Source of the DNA: Felis catus
Taxonomy: Eukaryota
Length of the DNA: 64,000 nucleotides
Direction: 5' to 3'
NCBI RefSeq assembly: GCF_018350175.1
Contig: NC_058386.1
Span: 22,258,001 to 22,322,000, forward strand
The notes under the pieces: generated by a model
The model's database searches: none
What the model was told of the DNA's origin: nothing
What the model saw: only the letters and a program-made list of their open reading frames with translations
In this document: one piece after another, positions 63,805 to 64,000 of the stretch
How positions within the stretch are numbered: position 1 is the first letter of the stretch
Layout of the letters: each line of letters begins with the position of its first letter
Translations under genes and position numbers: made by a program

Positions 63805-64000
63805 TTTTTGTCATGGTTAAATACCTAACATAAAATCTACCATTTCAACCATTTTTAAGTATATAATTCAGTGGCATTAAGTTCATTCACAGTGTCATAC
63901 AATCATAAGCAATATCCATTTCCAGAACTTTATCATTCCAAACAGAAACTCAATAGCCAATCAACAATAATTCCCATTCACTCCAAATGCCAGCACCGGG
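63805..64000 (-). mobile_element. L1MB 3' end (runs off the window)
   Basis: aacataaaatctaccatttcaaccatttttaagtatataattcagtggcattaag. Confidence 0.9.

Overview
Mammalian, felid (cat-family) genomic DNA, identified by young Felidae-type CAN-SINEs. It is AT-rich and intronic or intergenic. I recognise no protein-coding gene; the listed ORFs are chance frames or decayed L1/SINE/LTR sequence. A large fraction is transposon-derived: about 28 CAN-SINEs, several L1 fragments of different ages, about 12 solo LTRs (ERV1, ERVL/MaLR and one long beta-retrovirus-like LTR), old hAT DNA transposons, MIR/L2 remnants and microsatellites. There are five short N gaps. Best findings: (1) a tailless 36-nt U2 snRNA retrocopy with a perfect 15-bp TSD inside an L1; (2) an isolated L1 5'UTR-like piece with a direct-repeat flank and no poly-A; (3) a CpG-rich ~1 kb ERV2-like LTR with TATA adjacent to AATAAA; (4) a strong CTCF-like site; (5) inverted L1/L1 and SINE/SINE pairs; (6) weak hints of a minus-strand spliced transcript. 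No CRISPR or convincing novel multi-gene system is supported. Repeat family names come from recalled consensus features, not from a database search, and boundaries without a stated TSD are approximate.
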